Assembly: GCA_046116545.1 (NCBI GenBank)
Contig: CP175956.1
Coordinates: 257,734-321,733, forward strand
Direction of reading: 5' to 3'
DNA: 64,000 bases
From: Candidatus Moraniibacteriota bacterium
Lineage (GTDB): Bacteria; Patescibacteriota; Minisyncoccia; Moranbacterales; GCA-2747515
Position 1 is the stretch's first letter, and every line of letters starts with the position of its first letter. The notes under the pieces were generated by a model that saw only the letters and a program-made list of their open reading frames with translations, was not told where the DNA came from and did not search any database. This document shows, in pieces, positions 11,441 through 22,653 of this stretch. A program made the translations under genes and the position numbers.

Positions 11441-11830
11441 TTATATCATATACTTCTCAACTTTTGCCAATACTTCGGTTGGAGTAAAATGTGATTTTAT
11501 CAAAAAATCTTTTGCACCTAAATTAATTCCTTTATCAACATCTTCTTTTTGAGATAAATTTGTCAATAAGACTACTGGAATTTTTTTCCATTCTTCATTA
11601 TTATTTATTGCCTCCAATACATCAAAACCATCCATATATGGCATAACAATGTCCAGTAATAAAATATTTGGACGAACTCCTTCTTCAAGTTTTTCTATTG
11701 CTTCACGACCATTATTTGCCAAAATAACATTATAACCAGCATCCTTAAGTTTAACTTCATAAATATCACCTATGAATGCATCATCCTCTGCAATCATTAT
11801 CGTCTTTTTATCTTCACTCTCCTGATTCAT
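11441..11830 (-). CDS. Single-domain response regulator (CheY-like receiver)
   Basis: IAEDD, LLDIVMP, LLTN, FLIK receiver motifs; no output domain. Confidence 0.9.
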   Translation of the reverse strand: MNQESEDKKTIMIAEDDAFIGDIYEVKLKDAGYNVILANNGREAIEKLEEGVRPNILLLDIVMPYMDGFDVLEAINNNEEWKKIPVVLLTNLSQKEDVDKGINLGAKDFLIKSHFTPTEVLAKVEKYMI

Positions 11831-11853
11831 ATAGATTTGACTTAATTATAAAA

Positions 11854-13611
11854 TTATTCTTGATTATCTTTATGACCTGATTCTTTGTGCATTTGATCTT
11901 CATCCTCTATTTCATCCAATTTACCACCAATGCTCATATCTCCCTCTGTTACTCTTTCTAATTCAGTTAAAGTAGTTAGTCCTAATAACATTTTTAGTAT
12001 ACCATCTTGTTTCAAAGTTATATACCCCTTACGTCTAGCCAACGCATCTACTTTTGGCATATTTCCATCTTCTTCTGTTATTAAATCCTGCATTTCTCTA
12101 TCAATATCAATTGCTTCATACAATGCTAATCTACCAACTAATCCTAATTTACCACATTTTTTACAACCCTTACCATGATGAAACTTAAAATCTGCATTTG
12201 GATCAAGTCCATACTTTACCATTTCAGCATCATCAACACCCACTAATTCACTTTTAATTTTTTCTATAACATTATCAGGAATTGTTATTTCTTCTTTGCA
12301 ATGTTCACATATCTTTCTTACCAATCGCTGTGCAGCTATAACTCTAACGGCAGATGCTATCAAGAATGGCTCTATACCTAGATCAATTAATCTAGGTAAT
12401 GCTCCAACCGCATTGTTTGTGTGAACTGTAGAAAATACAAGATGTCCTGTAAGAGCAGCATGCACACCAAGCTCAGCTGTTTCCCCATCACGAATTTCAC
12501 CAACCATTATCACATTTGGATCCTGACGTAATATACTCCTAAGTCCACTAGCAAATGTATATCCAATCTCAGGCTTTACTTGCGATTGATTTATTCCAGG
12601 TACAAAATATTCTACAGGATCTTCCAACGTAATAATATTTCGTTCTTCTCCATTTAATATTTTCAAAAATGCATACAAAGTTGTTGACTTACCAGAACCA
12701 GTTGGACCAGTTATAAGTATCATTCCAAAGGGATCCATAATTCTTTCCATGAACATATCGTATTGCGTACCCATCATACCTAATTCTTTCAAATCAAATG
12801 TCTGTCTATCTTTTTCTAAGACACGCATAACAATTTTTTCACCCTCAACAACAGGCAGACTCGAAACACGAAAATCAATATCATTACCCTTATCATTTAT
12901 TCTAAAACGTCCATCTTGTGGTTTTCGTTTTTCGTCAATTTTTAAATTTGAAAGAATTTTTATCCTAGAAATAACTGCCTTTCCAACTTCTAAAGGAAAT
13001 GTTAGTGAAGAATGCAATATTCCGTCCTGCCTGAATCTTACTCTATATGTCTTGTCTATCGGTTCAATATGAATATCAGAAGCCTTTCCATCTAATGCAT
13101 GTTTTAATATAACATGTACCAATTTAGCAACTGGCGCATCCTGTAAACTTTCTCGCTCTCCTATTACACTTATATCATCTTTTGCATCCTCGCCTTCAAC
13201 TTCAAAAGCCATGACCACATCATCCACGGCTTCTTCAGCACTACCATACAATGCAAGTAATTTATATAAAATTTCCTGTGTAGTTAGGTAAATTTCTATA
13301 CCCATCCTATCTTTCTGTGCAATAAATCGCAACATGTTGAGAGTATTTATATCTTGAGGATCCAACATTGCAACATGTAAAACTTTACCCTCCTCATCTT
13401 TACTAAAAACAGCCATGTTATTTTTTCTAGCTATTTCTTCTGACAAAATCTGTATTGATTCTTTATTTGCTCCACTAGGAAAATCAACCAGAGACTTCAC
13501 ACCCATATCCTCCGCTCGTTCTTGTAACTCTTTAGTGTCTTGAGATACATTATCATTACTAACAAGCTCTTCATCCTGCTTTTCTTTTTTTATATTATTT
13601 TCTTCGGTCAT
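11854..13611 (-). CDS. pilB: Type IV pilus assembly ATPase PilB (GspE/PulE family)
   Basis: ASDIHIEP, GPTGSGKSTT, LEDPVE, LRQDPNVIMVGEIRD, CxxC...CxxC zinc motif. Confidence 0.95.
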   Translation of the reverse strand: MTEENNIKKEKQDEELVSNDNVSQDTKELQERAEDMGVKSLVDFPSGANKESIQILSEEIARKNNMAVFSKDEEGKVLHVAMLDPQDINTLNMLRFIAQKDRMGIEIYLTTQEILYKLLALYGSAEEAVDDVVMAFEVEGEDAKDDISVIGERESLQDAPVAKLVHVILKHALDGKASDIHIEPIDKTYRVRFRQDGILHSSLTFPLEVGKAVISRIKILSNLKIDEKRKPQDGRFRINDKGNDIDFRVSSLPVVEGEKIVMRVLEKDRQTFDLKELGMMGTQYDMFMERIMDPFGMILITGPTGSGKSTTLYAFLKILNGEERNIITLEDPVEYFVPGINQSQVKPEIGYTFASGLRSILRQDPNVIMVGEIRDGETAELGVHAALTGHLVFSTVHTNNAVGALPRLIDLGIEPFLIASAVRVIAAQRLVRKICEHCKEEITIPDNVIEKIKSELVGVDDAEMVKYGLDPNADFKFHHGKGCKKCGKLGLVGRLALYEAIDIDREMQDLITEEDGNMPKVDALARRKGYITLKQDGILKMLLGLTTLTELERVTEGDMSIGGKLDEIEDEDQMHKESGHKDNQE

Positions 13612-13617
13612 ATTTTT

Positions 13618-14313
13618 TTATGGTAAAAATGGATTTACACGCTCTTCTGGTTCTGATTTTAGAGTATCTGTTTCAGCAGTTGAATTTTTTACAATATTTA
13701 TCAAATCTATATTTACATCATCTCCAATTTGACTGGATGTTATTGTCGCAAGTCCTGGCACAAAACCATATGTGAATGATATTACACTACTTAATGTTAA
13801 ATTCTGTTGCACCTCACCATCCTCAGAATCTTTATCAGCCTTAGTTAAATCAATCGATTTAAAAGAATATAATCGTTTCATATGAAATAATTTATCAGAA
13901 AAATCTTTCAGCTCCTCATACGTCCCATTAACTATCATTTTTCCTTCCATATATTTAGTTGTGGCTGCATCTTTACTATTTGAATTTATATCACCACCAG
14001 AAAAACCAATGGAAAATAAATTAACATTTGACTCCTCTGCTAATTGAGAGATATCACTAAGTAATATTTCTTCACGAGGATCATTTGGAACAAATTTCAA
14101 AACATATGCATTCTCTTCTGGATGAGATTCTATATCTTTCTTGAATTGTTCAGTCTTAGCTGCGTCATCCCTAATTATTTGCAATTCGACTTGTTTTTTG
14201 ACAATTGTATTTTGTGTTGAAGTAATAGCCTTTGATGTAGGTACTATATGAGCTATAGCAAAATACAATATCAAAAGTATAATAGCTGGAAACATTAACA
14301 TTTTTATAATCAT
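13618..14313 (-). CDS. PilO-like pilus alignment protein
   Basis: N-terminal TM, coiled coil, GTYEELKDF...L..MKRL ferredoxin-like motif, C-terminal RVNPF; position after pilM/pilN. Confidence 0.7.
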   Translation of the reverse strand: MIIKMLMFPAIILLILYFAIAHIVPTSKAITSTQNTIVKKQVELQIIRDDAAKTEQFKKDIESHPEENAYVLKFVPNDPREEILLSDISQLAEESNVNLFSIGFSGGDINSNSKDAATTKYMEGKMIVNGTYEELKDFSDKLFHMKRLYSFKSIDLTKADKDSEDGEVQQNLTLSSVISFTYGFVPGLATITSSQIGDDVNIDLINIVKNSTAETDTLKSEPEERVNPFLP

Positions 14314-14340
14314 ATTTTTATTTTAAAAAAATTATTCTTT

Positions 14341-15282
14341 TTATTCTTGCACTTTATCTTCCGAAATAGTCTCTTCATCTTCTTCTCCTACGTCTCCTGA
14401 TTCTGTCTCATTAGATTCTATTGATTCTTCTGTATTATCATTTGTCTGAGTATCTTCATCAACTGCCATTTCATCACTTGCACTACCCACATTTTCTTGA
14501 GTAATATCTTCTGTTGGAGTTATTATTTCCACATTTTCTTCACCAATAATACCAAAATGAATTTCCTCCAATGCTTTATCTTCAAATGGCGAAATATTCC
14601 CTCTATTTACATCCATTGTTAATGTAAAAATAATACGTCCGCTATCATCCCTATCAGTTGTTCCAATTTTTACATTATCAAAATAATACTTTTTTGCCAG
14701 CATATCATCTCCATCATCGCCCTTTAACTGTTCAATCTCCAAAATTTCCTCATCAACATAACCCACATTTTTTAATGTCTCAATTTGTTGTGCCATGACA
14801 TCAAAAGTGTCTGCATCAGCTGTAATAGTCACACTTCCTAAGGATTTTATCGTTGCATCACCATCTTTAAATTGTTTTTTTGTACTTGAACCAGTGCTAT
14901 ATTGATATGACTTCAATACAACACGATTTCCAGAATCATCAGAAGATTTTTTAATCATTGATTTTTCCAATATTTCTAAAATATCATTTGAATCATATCC
15001 ACGATATAATTCTTTTTCCATAGTGTATGACCTTGAAGCAATATCTTTAATTTCATCCGAAAGAGCATTACTTGCAGCTATTCCTTCTGCTGTTATTTCA
15101 TTTTCAATTTTAGCAACCTCTTTTTCTAGAGATTTTTGTTTCATGTCCAAAAAAAACCAAGCTGCTATTGTAATAAGTAAAAAAATTGTACCCATCGCAG
15201 TACCCTTTGAAACTGTTTTATTACGAGCTTTTACTTTATTATCTTTTTCTGACGAACTTTGAAATCCTATTCCAGAAACCAT
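14341..15282 (-). CDS. PilN-like pilus alignment protein with acidic C-terminal tail
   Basis: Single TM plus coiled coil; ADTFDVMAQQI..LK motif; position between pilM and pilO. Confidence 0.65.
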   Translation of the reverse strand: MVSGIGFQSSSEKDNKVKARNKTVSKGTAMGTIFLLITIAAWFFLDMKQKSLEKEVAKIENEITAEGIAASNALSDEIKDIASRSYTMEKELYRGYDSNDILEILEKSMIKKSSDDSGNRVVLKSYQYSTGSSTKKQFKDGDATIKSLGSVTITADADTFDVMAQQIETLKNVGYVDEEILEIEQLKGDDGDDMLAKKYYFDNVKIGTTDRDDSGRIIFTLTMDVNRGNISPFEDKALEEIHFGIIGEENVEIITPTEDITQENVGSASDEMAVDEDTQTNDNTEESIESNETESGDVGEEDEETISEDKVQE

Positions 15283-15326
15283 ATATTTATTTTTATGTTA
15301 CTTATATTTTATTTATCTTCAAATAT

Positions 15327-16403
15327 TTACTTTTTATCCTCCAAATCACGTAAAGCAAGTCCTATGGAGACAGACAACAAATTCCCTAATTCTTTTATAT
15401 TTCCTGATTTTTCTTCATCAAAAACTATGTGACTAAGTGGATTACCTAAAACAACTTTTAATCCAGTCATTTTTTCAAAAAATTCAGGCAATCCCACAAG
15501 TTCAGCTCCTCCGCCACAAAGCACTAATTCCTCTATTTTATTACTTCGTTGCGCACTCAAAACTCTTTTTATCTCATTGCCTATATTACTAAGTGATGGA
15601 AATCCAATTTTTGCTGGTCCTGAAAAATAATTTTCTCCATTTTTTTTCAAAGAAACAGCTTTTTCTCTAGAAATGTTCATGCCCTGCATTATTGCATTTG
15701 TAATATTTACCCCACCAATATCAACGCTTCTATTTACTGATACAAGACCATCTTCTACAAAAACTATATTTGTAGTCTTTGCTCCAAAATCAACAAGTAC
15801 AAACCGACCTTTCGTATTCCCTATAACTGACCTAACTAGTGAAAATGATTCTAACTCCAAAGTTGAAATTGACGTACTGACTTTTTCAAATAAACTATCG
15901 TAATATTGAACTTCACTTTTTGGAGCTGCTACCAACAACACCTTCATATTTTCAGAACTTCCTGTTTTTTGATTTATACCATCATCCGCTGCTTCAACTG
16001 CATCCTTTTTTTCCTCAATAATTTCCCAACTAACATTAACCTCGTCCAAAGATGCTGGTATATACTTTTGAGCCTCAAATTTCATTGCATCAGAAAGCTC
16101 TTTTTCATTCATTCTTGGAAAATCAATAACCATAACAAGTCCATTGAAACTTGGTATTGCAACAGTTGCTTTTTTTGTATGAGGTTTCATCTGGATCAAT
16201 AACTCACCCAACGCATCTTTCAATCGTTGTGCATAATCACTATCATATGCATCAGGTGTTTCCTTCACATTAGTAACATCAACCCATCCATAATTAACTA
16301 GATGCGCTTTTCCTTTAACCATCTTTAACTCAACAGCCTTTATTGACTGTGTCCCAAAATCTATTCCTAAAGAATATTCTGATTTAGACGAAAACAATGA
16401 CAT
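15327..16403 (-). CDS. pilM: Type IV pilus assembly protein PilM
   Basis: LGIDFGTQSIKAVEL, EAQKYIP, VDFGAKTT, LCGGGA, IGLALR actin-like motifs. Confidence 0.93.
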   Translation of the reverse strand: MSLFSSKSEYSLGIDFGTQSIKAVELKMVKGKAHLVNYGWVDVTNVKETPDAYDSDYAQRLKDALGELLIQMKPHTKKATVAIPSFNGLVMVIDFPRMNEKELSDAMKFEAQKYIPASLDEVNVSWEIIEEKKDAVEAADDGINQKTGSSENMKVLLVAAPKSEVQYYDSLFEKVSTSISTLELESFSLVRSVIGNTKGRFVLVDFGAKTTNIVFVEDGLVSVNRSVDIGGVNITNAIMQGMNISREKAVSLKKNGENYFSGPAKIGFPSLSNIGNEIKRVLSAQRSNKIEELVLCGGGAELVGLPEFFEKMTGLKVVLGNPLSHIVFDEEKSGNIKELGNLLSVSIGLALRDLEDKK

Positions 16404-16467
16404 AATTTTATTTTATTTTTTTGTATTTAATAAACATTATTATTATATCACATAATAATATTTCATG

Positions 16468-17541
16468 CTATTTTGCACTTTTAACTGCTGTTGCTTTTTT
16501 TTCATCTGTATTTTGTTCATCTGCTTTACCATTTTTTACAGCCTCATGAACTTCCTTCATTATGGCATTTAATACCTTTTCATTCTGATTTAATTCTGTC
16601 TTAGCTTTCTCTCTACCAACACCTAGTCTATCTTCCTTATAACTATATGAATGACCTTTTTTTGTTATAACACCATACTCAACACCAACATCCAATACAT
16701 CTCCAGCAAGTGAAATTCCTTCATTATACATAATATCAAATTCTGCAATTTTAAATGGCGCTGCTACTTTATTTTTTACAACTTTCACTTTTACATGATT
16801 TCCTACTATCTCATCACCTTTTTTAATCTGAGCAGCTCGCCGAACATCTAGTCTAACAGATGAATAAAACTTTAAAGCATTTCCACCAGTTGTTGTTTCT
16901 GGACTACCAAACATTACTCCAATCTTCATCCTGATTTGATTTATAAAAATCACAACACAACTTGATTTTGCAATGACTGGAGTAAGCTTACGCATTGCCT
17001 GACTCATAAGCCTCGCATGTTTACCCACATGATAATCTCCCATATCACCATCAATTTCTGATTGAGGTGTTAGTGCTGCCACAGAATCAATAACCACAAC
17101 GTCTACAGCACCCGATTTAACAAGTGTTTCTACTATATCTAGAGCCTGTTCTCCTGCGTCAGGCTGTGAAACCAATAATTCATTTATATTTACACCTATT
17201 TTTTGTGCATACTCAGGATCCAATGCATGCTCAGCATCCACAAAAGCTGCTACGCCACCATTTTTTTGTGCATTTGCTGCAATATGTAAAGCTAGCGTTG
17301 TCTTTCCAGAAGACTCTGGCCCATAAATTTCAACAACACGACCACGTGGAACTCCACCAACACCAAGTGCAATATCAAGTGACAATGCTCCTGTAGAAAT
17401 TGTATCTACATCAACCCTCTTAGCATCCCCTAGCTTCATAAGCATTCCATCTCCAAATTTAGTACGAATCTCATCAACAACAGCATCAACTCCATTATCT
17501 TTTTTCACATCATCATTCTTCATATCTTTCTTTTTTGCCAT
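16468..17541 (-). CDS. recA: Recombinase RecA
   Basis: [45 protein letters not shown]. Confidence 0.99.
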   Translation of the reverse strand: MAKKKDMKNDDVKKDNGVDAVVDEIRTKFGDGMLMKLGDAKRVDVDTISTGALSLDIALGVGGVPRGRVVEIYGPESSGKTTLALHIAANAQKNGGVAAFVDAEHALDPEYAQKIGVNINELLVSQPDAGEQALDIVETLVKSGAVDVVVIDSVAALTPQSEIDGDMGDYHVGKHARLMSQAMRKLTPVIAKSSCVVIFINQIRMKIGVMFGSPETTTGGNALKFYSSVRLDVRRAAQIKKGDEIVGNHVKVKVVKNKVAAPFKIAEFDIMYNEGISLAGDVLDVGVEYGVITKKGHSYSYKEDRLGVGREKAKTELNQNEKVLNAIMKEVHEAVKNGKADEQNTDEKKATAVKSAK

Positions 17542-17621
17542 AAAAATAATTTATATTAATTATATCCCCATGCATCCCCATCATACATAAATTTGTTTAC
17601 TTAATTTATTATAGCAAATAT

Positions 17622-18629
17622 TTATTTATTGTCATCTTTTTTCTCTTTTTCTTCAATATCTTCGTTAACAAGTCCATTAATATCATAATTTATATCACGA
17701 ACTATTCCAGGATTATCATTAATTGTTTCAAAATCCTCAGTATCTCCAAACTTTATAAATGTATCATCACCTTTACTAGTGGTTATATTTATATTATCTA
17801 TTGCATCAAATGTTTTTTCCTCATCCAATTCTAATGTGTCATTGTAAATCTGAACACCATCAGAAACGACCTGTATCCATACAGGACCCTTCATTGACTT
17901 TATTATTAAATGAACCTTTTTATCTATAATTTCCTCAGTTTTTTCAATTTCATAATTTGCTTCAATTACTATTTTTTCTACACTTTCTTTTTCAAATTTA
18001 TTTACACTTTTAATATTTATAGCATTCAATCCATTATTTAAGCTCACAATATCACTAAATTTTCCATCCATATCTACAAAAATTTGTTGATCATTTATAA
18101 ATACTTGGGAATTACTTCTTGTTTTTCCTTTTACCTCAACTTTATTATTATTTATAACACTCCCACTTACAGGATTTTCTACAATAAGCCATGGTGATGA
18201 GATAAAGTTATCAACACTGAAATATAAATACAAACCAATTCCCGATAATGCCACTAGTGAAATTATTACTACAATAATTTTTGGCGTAAAAACAATTTTA
18301 GGAACCTTAGGCAACCTCTGAACTTCCTCCTCTTCATCTTTTTTGTTTATATTTTGATAAATACTATATTCTCTCTCAAACATATCTAAGAGATTTTTAT
18401 CTGAAACACCAAAAAATCTAGCATATGACCTAACATATCCCTTTACATATACTTTCATAGGAAGATTGTCATAGTCCCCTATTTCCAAAGCATCTATGTA
18501 TGAAGCTTTTACATTAATTTCATGTGCTAAATCATTAGAACGCATTCGCCGTCCTTCTCTCATTTGCATTAGCGTTTCACCTAAAGTAAATGACTGTACT
18601 TTCTTTCGAGTAAAATTTTTCTTTTCCAT
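17622..18629 (-). CDS. RodZ-like protein (N-terminal HTH, TM, Ig-like and DUF4115-like extracellular domains)
   Basis: YIDALEIGDYDNLP..YVKGYVRSYARF HTH_25 motif; follows ftsK as in many bacteria. Confidence 0.8.
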   Translation of the reverse strand: MEKKNFTRKKVQSFTLGETLMQMREGRRMRSNDLAHEINVKASYIDALEIGDYDNLPMKVYVKGYVRSYARFFGVSDKNLLDMFEREYSIYQNINKKDEEEEVQRLPKVPKIVFTPKIIVVIISLVALSGIGLYLYFSVDNFISSPWLIVENPVSGSVINNNKVEVKGKTRSNSQVFINDQQIFVDMDGKFSDIVSLNNGLNAINIKSVNKFEKESVEKIVIEANYEIEKTEEIIDKKVHLIIKSMKGPVWIQVVSDGVQIYNDTLELDEEKTFDAIDNINITTSKGDDTFIKFGDTEDFETINDNPGIVRDINYDINGLVNEDIEEKEKKDDNK

Positions 18630-18698
18630 AAAACACTATCAATTCAGCAAATTATATATACCTATCCCAGAAAATACTATTCAAACAAAATTAATTTG

Positions 18699-21080
18699 TT
18701 ATGCTTCATCAATTTCCTGCACCTCAGAATTTTCTTGTTGTACTAATATCTTTCTAGGCTTAGAACCGTCTGGAGGACTCACTACACCATTTTCTTCTAG
18801 TTCATCCATGAGTCTAGCTGCTCTAGAATACCCTATTCTCAATTGTCTTTGTAAATATGAAGTTGAAGCCTTTCCTGCTGCTATAACTATCTCCTTAGCT
18901 TCTCCATAAACTGCATCTTCTGACTCTCCCGAATTTGAATTACTACCACCTACTCCAACTGGGCTACTAAAGTCCACAGAGGTTAGTCCAGTAGCACCTC
19001 CTGATTCCTCATCTCCAAAATCCTCATCAATGCTATATGCACCAGTTGATTCTGCCTGTCTTTTGATAAAATTCACAACTTTTTCTATTTCATCTTCTGA
19101 TACATATGGATTTTGCAACCTCACAGGTGTTGATGTATTTGGACCACTGAAAAGCATATCTCCATTTCCAACCAATTTTTCAGCTCCAGTTGCATCCAAA
19201 ATTGTACGTGAATCAATACTAGAATTAACTTTTAATGCAATTCGTGTAGGCATATTTGCCTTAATCAATCCTGTAATAACTTCCACACTTGGTCTTTGAG
19301 TTGATAATATTAGGTGAATTCCAATTGCACGTGACATCTGAGCTAGTCTCACAATTACACCTTCAACTTCTTTTCCATGCGAAGACATCAGATCTGATAA
19401 TTCATCTATTACAATTACTATTACTGGTAGATTTTCCATGGGTTCTGTAACCATTTCATCCGTATCTGGATCAGCATACGTCCGTTCTCCACCAGCCTTT
19501 CTTTTTACATTATACGATTCCAAATTTTTTGACTTTGTTTCTTGCAATAACTTGTACCTTCTTTCCATCTCGCTTACAGCCCATTTGAGCGCATTAACAA
19601 CCTTTCCATTATCTACAATAACATCAGATAGTAGATGTGGTATACCCTGATACAAAGATAATTCAACTCTCTTAGGGTCCACCAATATTAATTTCAAATC
19701 TTCTGGTGAATTTTTGTAAAGCAATGATAAAAGTATGCCGTTTATAGCAACTGACTTACCAGCACCCGTTGTACCTGCTACAAGTAGATGTGGCATTTTT
19801 GCCAAATCCTCTAATATATAATCACCATTAACATCCTCACCCAGAGCTAACAATAACTTTTCATCAGGATTATCAAACTCATCTGTGTTTAATAAATTTC
19901 TCATTCTTACCATAGCAGTCTCCCTATTTGGAACTTCTATGCCCACAAGTGATTTACCTGGAATCGGAGCCTCAATTCGTATTGGATGTGCTGCTAGAGC
20001 AAGTGCTAAATCAGCATTCAGAGCAGTAATCCTAGAAAGCTTCACACCACTCTGAGGACGGAAACTAAATTGAGTAACTGTTGGACCAGTGACAATATCT
20101 TCCAGTTCCATTGCAATGCCAAAATTTTGAAATGTTTCTTGTATTGCTTGAGCTCTTTGTTTCACATCACCACCCTTAGCAGCTGTACCACTTCTTTTCA
20201 AAAGCTTCAATGGTGGTAATTCCCAATCAACATTTATTGGTTGTGTCATTTGTTTTGTGTCATCTTTTCTATCGGCAATAATTTCTTCTGCCTTATCTGC
20301 TGCTGTCGGAGTTTTAGCAACTGGCATTTCTTCTACATTTATCTCTTCAATGTCCTCTTCCACATCGTCAAATTCATCATTGCCAAATTCCTCATCAGCG
20401 TCTCCCTCCATCACTTCAGATTCAACATCCTCATTTTCATCCTCTTCAAATTCTTCATCGTCTTGAGTAAACTCATCAGCATCTTCTTTTCGCGAAAAGA
20501 AACCAAACTTTTTTTCACTATCATTTTTTTTCATAGATGGTACTTTGTCTCCAAGTCCAACCAAAGACATGTCAAAAGCAACTATAAATCCAATAGCAAT
20601 AACAGCAACCAATACTATAGCCCCAGCAATTTTACCTAAAAACTTGGCTAAGGACATAGCCAATACATAACCCAAATATCCACCACCAGATCCATTACTA
20701 GCCATGGACTTAAATTGTGTAGGATCAACAGATAGTAAATGCATAAGAGCAAGTAATCCCCAGAAAGCCAGAGCCATCCCAACTATCTTCGTTACATAAA
20801 ATTTAGTTTCTACTTTTTTTCTAAGTAAAATTATTCCAACATACACAAAAACTAGTGTTGCTAAATATTTACCCCAACCAAAAATCTGACCTAGTAAATC
20901 TGTCATTTTTGCCCCAGCGACTCCAGCAGCATCAAAAAATCCCAACAAAAAAATCACAGCAAAAACAAACAAAAAAATTGCTGCTATCGAACGCTTCGCA
21001 TGACCGCTTACACTCAGTGCTGCGAACTCTTCACCATCTCCCTCATATTCCTCATTATCATCTTGTTTTTTTCTCCCCAT
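18699..21080 (-). CDS. ftsK: DNA translocase FtsK/SpoIIIE
   Basis: N-terminal TM domain, acidic linker, PHLLVAGTTGAGKS, DELSDLM, gamma domain LQRQLRIGYSRAARL. Confidence 0.97.
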   Translation of the reverse strand: MGRKKQDDNEEYEGDGEEFAALSVSGHAKRSIAAIFLFVFAVIFLLGFFDAAGVAGAKMTDLLGQIFGWGKYLATLVFVYVGIILLRKKVETKFYVTKIVGMALAFWGLLALMHLLSVDPTQFKSMASNGSGGGYLGYVLAMSLAKFLGKIAGAIVLVAVIAIGFIVAFDMSLVGLGDKVPSMKKNDSEKKFGFFSRKEDADEFTQDDEEFEEDENEDVESEVMEGDADEEFGNDEFDDVEEDIEEINVEEMPVAKTPTAADKAEEIIADRKDDTKQMTQPINVDWELPPLKLLKRSGTAAKGGDVKQRAQAIQETFQNFGIAMELEDIVTGPTVTQFSFRPQSGVKLSRITALNADLALALAAHPIRIEAPIPGKSLVGIEVPNRETAMVRMRNLLNTDEFDNPDEKLLLALGEDVNGDYILEDLAKMPHLLVAGTTGAGKSVAINGILLSLLYKNSPEDLKLILVDPKRVELSLYQGIPHLLSDVIVDNGKVVNALKWAVSEMERRYKLLQETKSKNLESYNVKRKAGGERTYADPDTDEMVTEPMENLPVIVIVIDELSDLMSSHGKEVEGVIVRLAQMSRAIGIHLILSTQRPSVEVITGLIKANMPTRIALKVNSSIDSRTILDATGAEKLVGNGDMLFSGPNTSTPVRLQNPYVSEDEIEKVVNFIKRQAESTGAYSIDEDFGDEESGGATGLTSVDFSSPVGVGGSNSNSGESEDAVYGEAKEIVIAAGKASTSYLQRQLRIGYSRAARLMDELEENGVVSPPDGSKPRKILVQQENSEVQEIDEA

Positions 21081-21149
21081 AATTTATTTTATTTTCAAAT
21101 ACATATATAAATTAATTCTATCACAAAAGTACATTTTTCAGCAATATAA

Positions 21150-21181
21150 AACAACGAACATTTTCTCAAATGTTCGTTGTT
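21150..21181. terminator. Hairpin terminator
   Basis: AACAACGAACATTT-tctc-AAATGTTCGTTGTT. Confidence 0.7.
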
Positions 21182-21203
21182 AAATTTCTCTACTTCATTT
21201 AAG

Positions 21204-21740
21204 TTACTTCATATAACTTCTTCCCCTATTGTGCATTCCCAAGTCTTGCATTATTTCATGAGCTTCTTCATATCTCCCTTCAACCCTTAATTCGTGAGCT
21301 TCTACCATTAAATTAAATTTTTCTTCTGTATCAATTTTAGTTGCGATTGCTTTTTTTCTTGCTGCAATTGTAAATTCTTCCCAATTACCTTTTTCTATAG
21401 CATTTCTTACATCTACATCCCGTTTATGCTTCATCACCTTTCTTCCAGGATGTTCAATTCCTGCATATTCTAATACATTTCTTGCTTCTTTATATTTTCC
21501 TTCTGCACGTAAATCGTGTGCAAGTTTTATTGCCTCAAAATCTTTCTTATTATCTATGCGTTGAGCTATTGGACAACTTTCTTTAGCTTGTGCAAATGCT
21601 TTAAAATCATTATTTCTAATTGCATCCTGCACTCGCTCATGTCTTTTATCAACATTAGCGCTTACGAAACTTGCACCTATTGTTCCTACAGCAAGCACCG
21701 TAACAAATGAACTTATTATGATTCTTTTTTTATTCATCAT
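21204..21740 (-). CDS. Secreted protein with two internal ~70-aa repeats
   Basis: Signal peptide ending SFVSA; repeats AHDLRAEGKYKEAR / AHELRVEGRYEEAH. Confidence 0.7.
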   Translation of the reverse strand: MMNKKRIIISSFVTVLAVGTIGASFVSANVDKRHERVQDAIRNNDFKAFAQAKESCPIAQRIDNKKDFEAIKLAHDLRAEGKYKEARNVLEYAGIEHPGRKVMKHKRDVDVRNAIEKGNWEEFTIAARKKAIATKIDTEEKFNLMVEAHELRVEGRYEEAHEIMQDLGMHNRGRSYMK

Positions 21741-21791
21741 ATTTGATATACTTATTTAGTTAATATACATCACCCCTGTCACATTAATTAC

Positions 21792-21817
21792 TACGAATAC
21801 TATTTTAGTTTCTTTCA
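21792..21817 (-). promoter_or_regulatory. ECF (SigW-like) promoter for the secreted repeat protein
   Basis: TGAAAG-N16-CGTA on minus strand; same motif upstream of the sigma gene. Confidence 0.65.
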
Positions 21818-22651
21818 AAAAATACCATCACATGCTTCTTGTATCATTAGATTCATATTCGGCGATACTTGCTCACAATTACACATTGACTCTTTATTTT
21901 CATTATATCTATCCATAGATCTTATACGCTTCCTTATTACATGTTCACTACCACCTTTCATTCCGCGAAGCTTTACATCACAAGCAACAAATATATTATT
22001 ATCAATTTTTTTACCAACAACTAAAAATACTTGACCATCTTTTATCTCAGCTCTTTTATCTTGCTCTATATGATCATTCATCACTTGCCACTTTTCACCT
22101 GTAGGCGACATCAGTGTAAAATAATCTCCCTTAGCACATCCTACAACTCGTCCAACAATAACTCCATGATCCGGATTATTAAACATTATTCCATGCCTTT
22201 TTTCCACACTATTATAGTGTCTTAATTCACCTAAAACATCATCGATTAAATAACTTATCCCGCTCAAATACAAGGCAACCCCCATAATTAAGCTCAAAAA
22301 TATATTTGCAAGTATAATTATTGCTATAGAATATTTATATCCACTATCTGTATGTCTGATAAAAACCTTAAATAATAGAATAAAAATAGCAGTCACAAAA
22401 ATCCAAAGCACAGGCATCGCCACAACTATTCTTTTACCAACATGATCAGAAGCAATATTATCAATAAATAATGTACTATTCGCAATTGTAAAAATGATAA
22501 GACTCACTGTAAAGGCACCTGCTATAATACAAGTAATACCAATAAGCCATAGTATGAAATTTTTCAACACAAAATGCCAAGAAGGTACTTGCTTCACCTT
22601 CCCTTGCAAAATTTTATCCATTGCACATTTTGATGCTTTTTTTGCCGTCAT
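21815..22651 (-). CDS. Membrane protein, putative anti-sigma factor
   Basis: Three TM helices plus C-terminal soluble domain; immediately downstream of ECF sigma. Confidence 0.55.
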   Translation of the reverse strand: MTAKKASKCAMDKILQGKVKQVPSWHFVLKNFILWLIGITCIIAGAFTVSLIIFTIANSTLFIDNIASDHVGKRIVVAMPVLWIFVTAIFILLFKVFIRHTDSGYKYSIAIIILANIFLSLIMGVALYLSGISYLIDDVLGELRHYNSVEKRHGIMFNNPDHGVIVGRVVGCAKGDYFTLMSPTGEKWQVMNDHIEQDKRAEIKDGQVFLVVGKKIDNNIFVACDVKLRGMKGGSEHVIRKRIRSMDRYNENKESMCNCEQVSPNMNLMIQEACDGIF

Positions 22652-22653
22652 AC

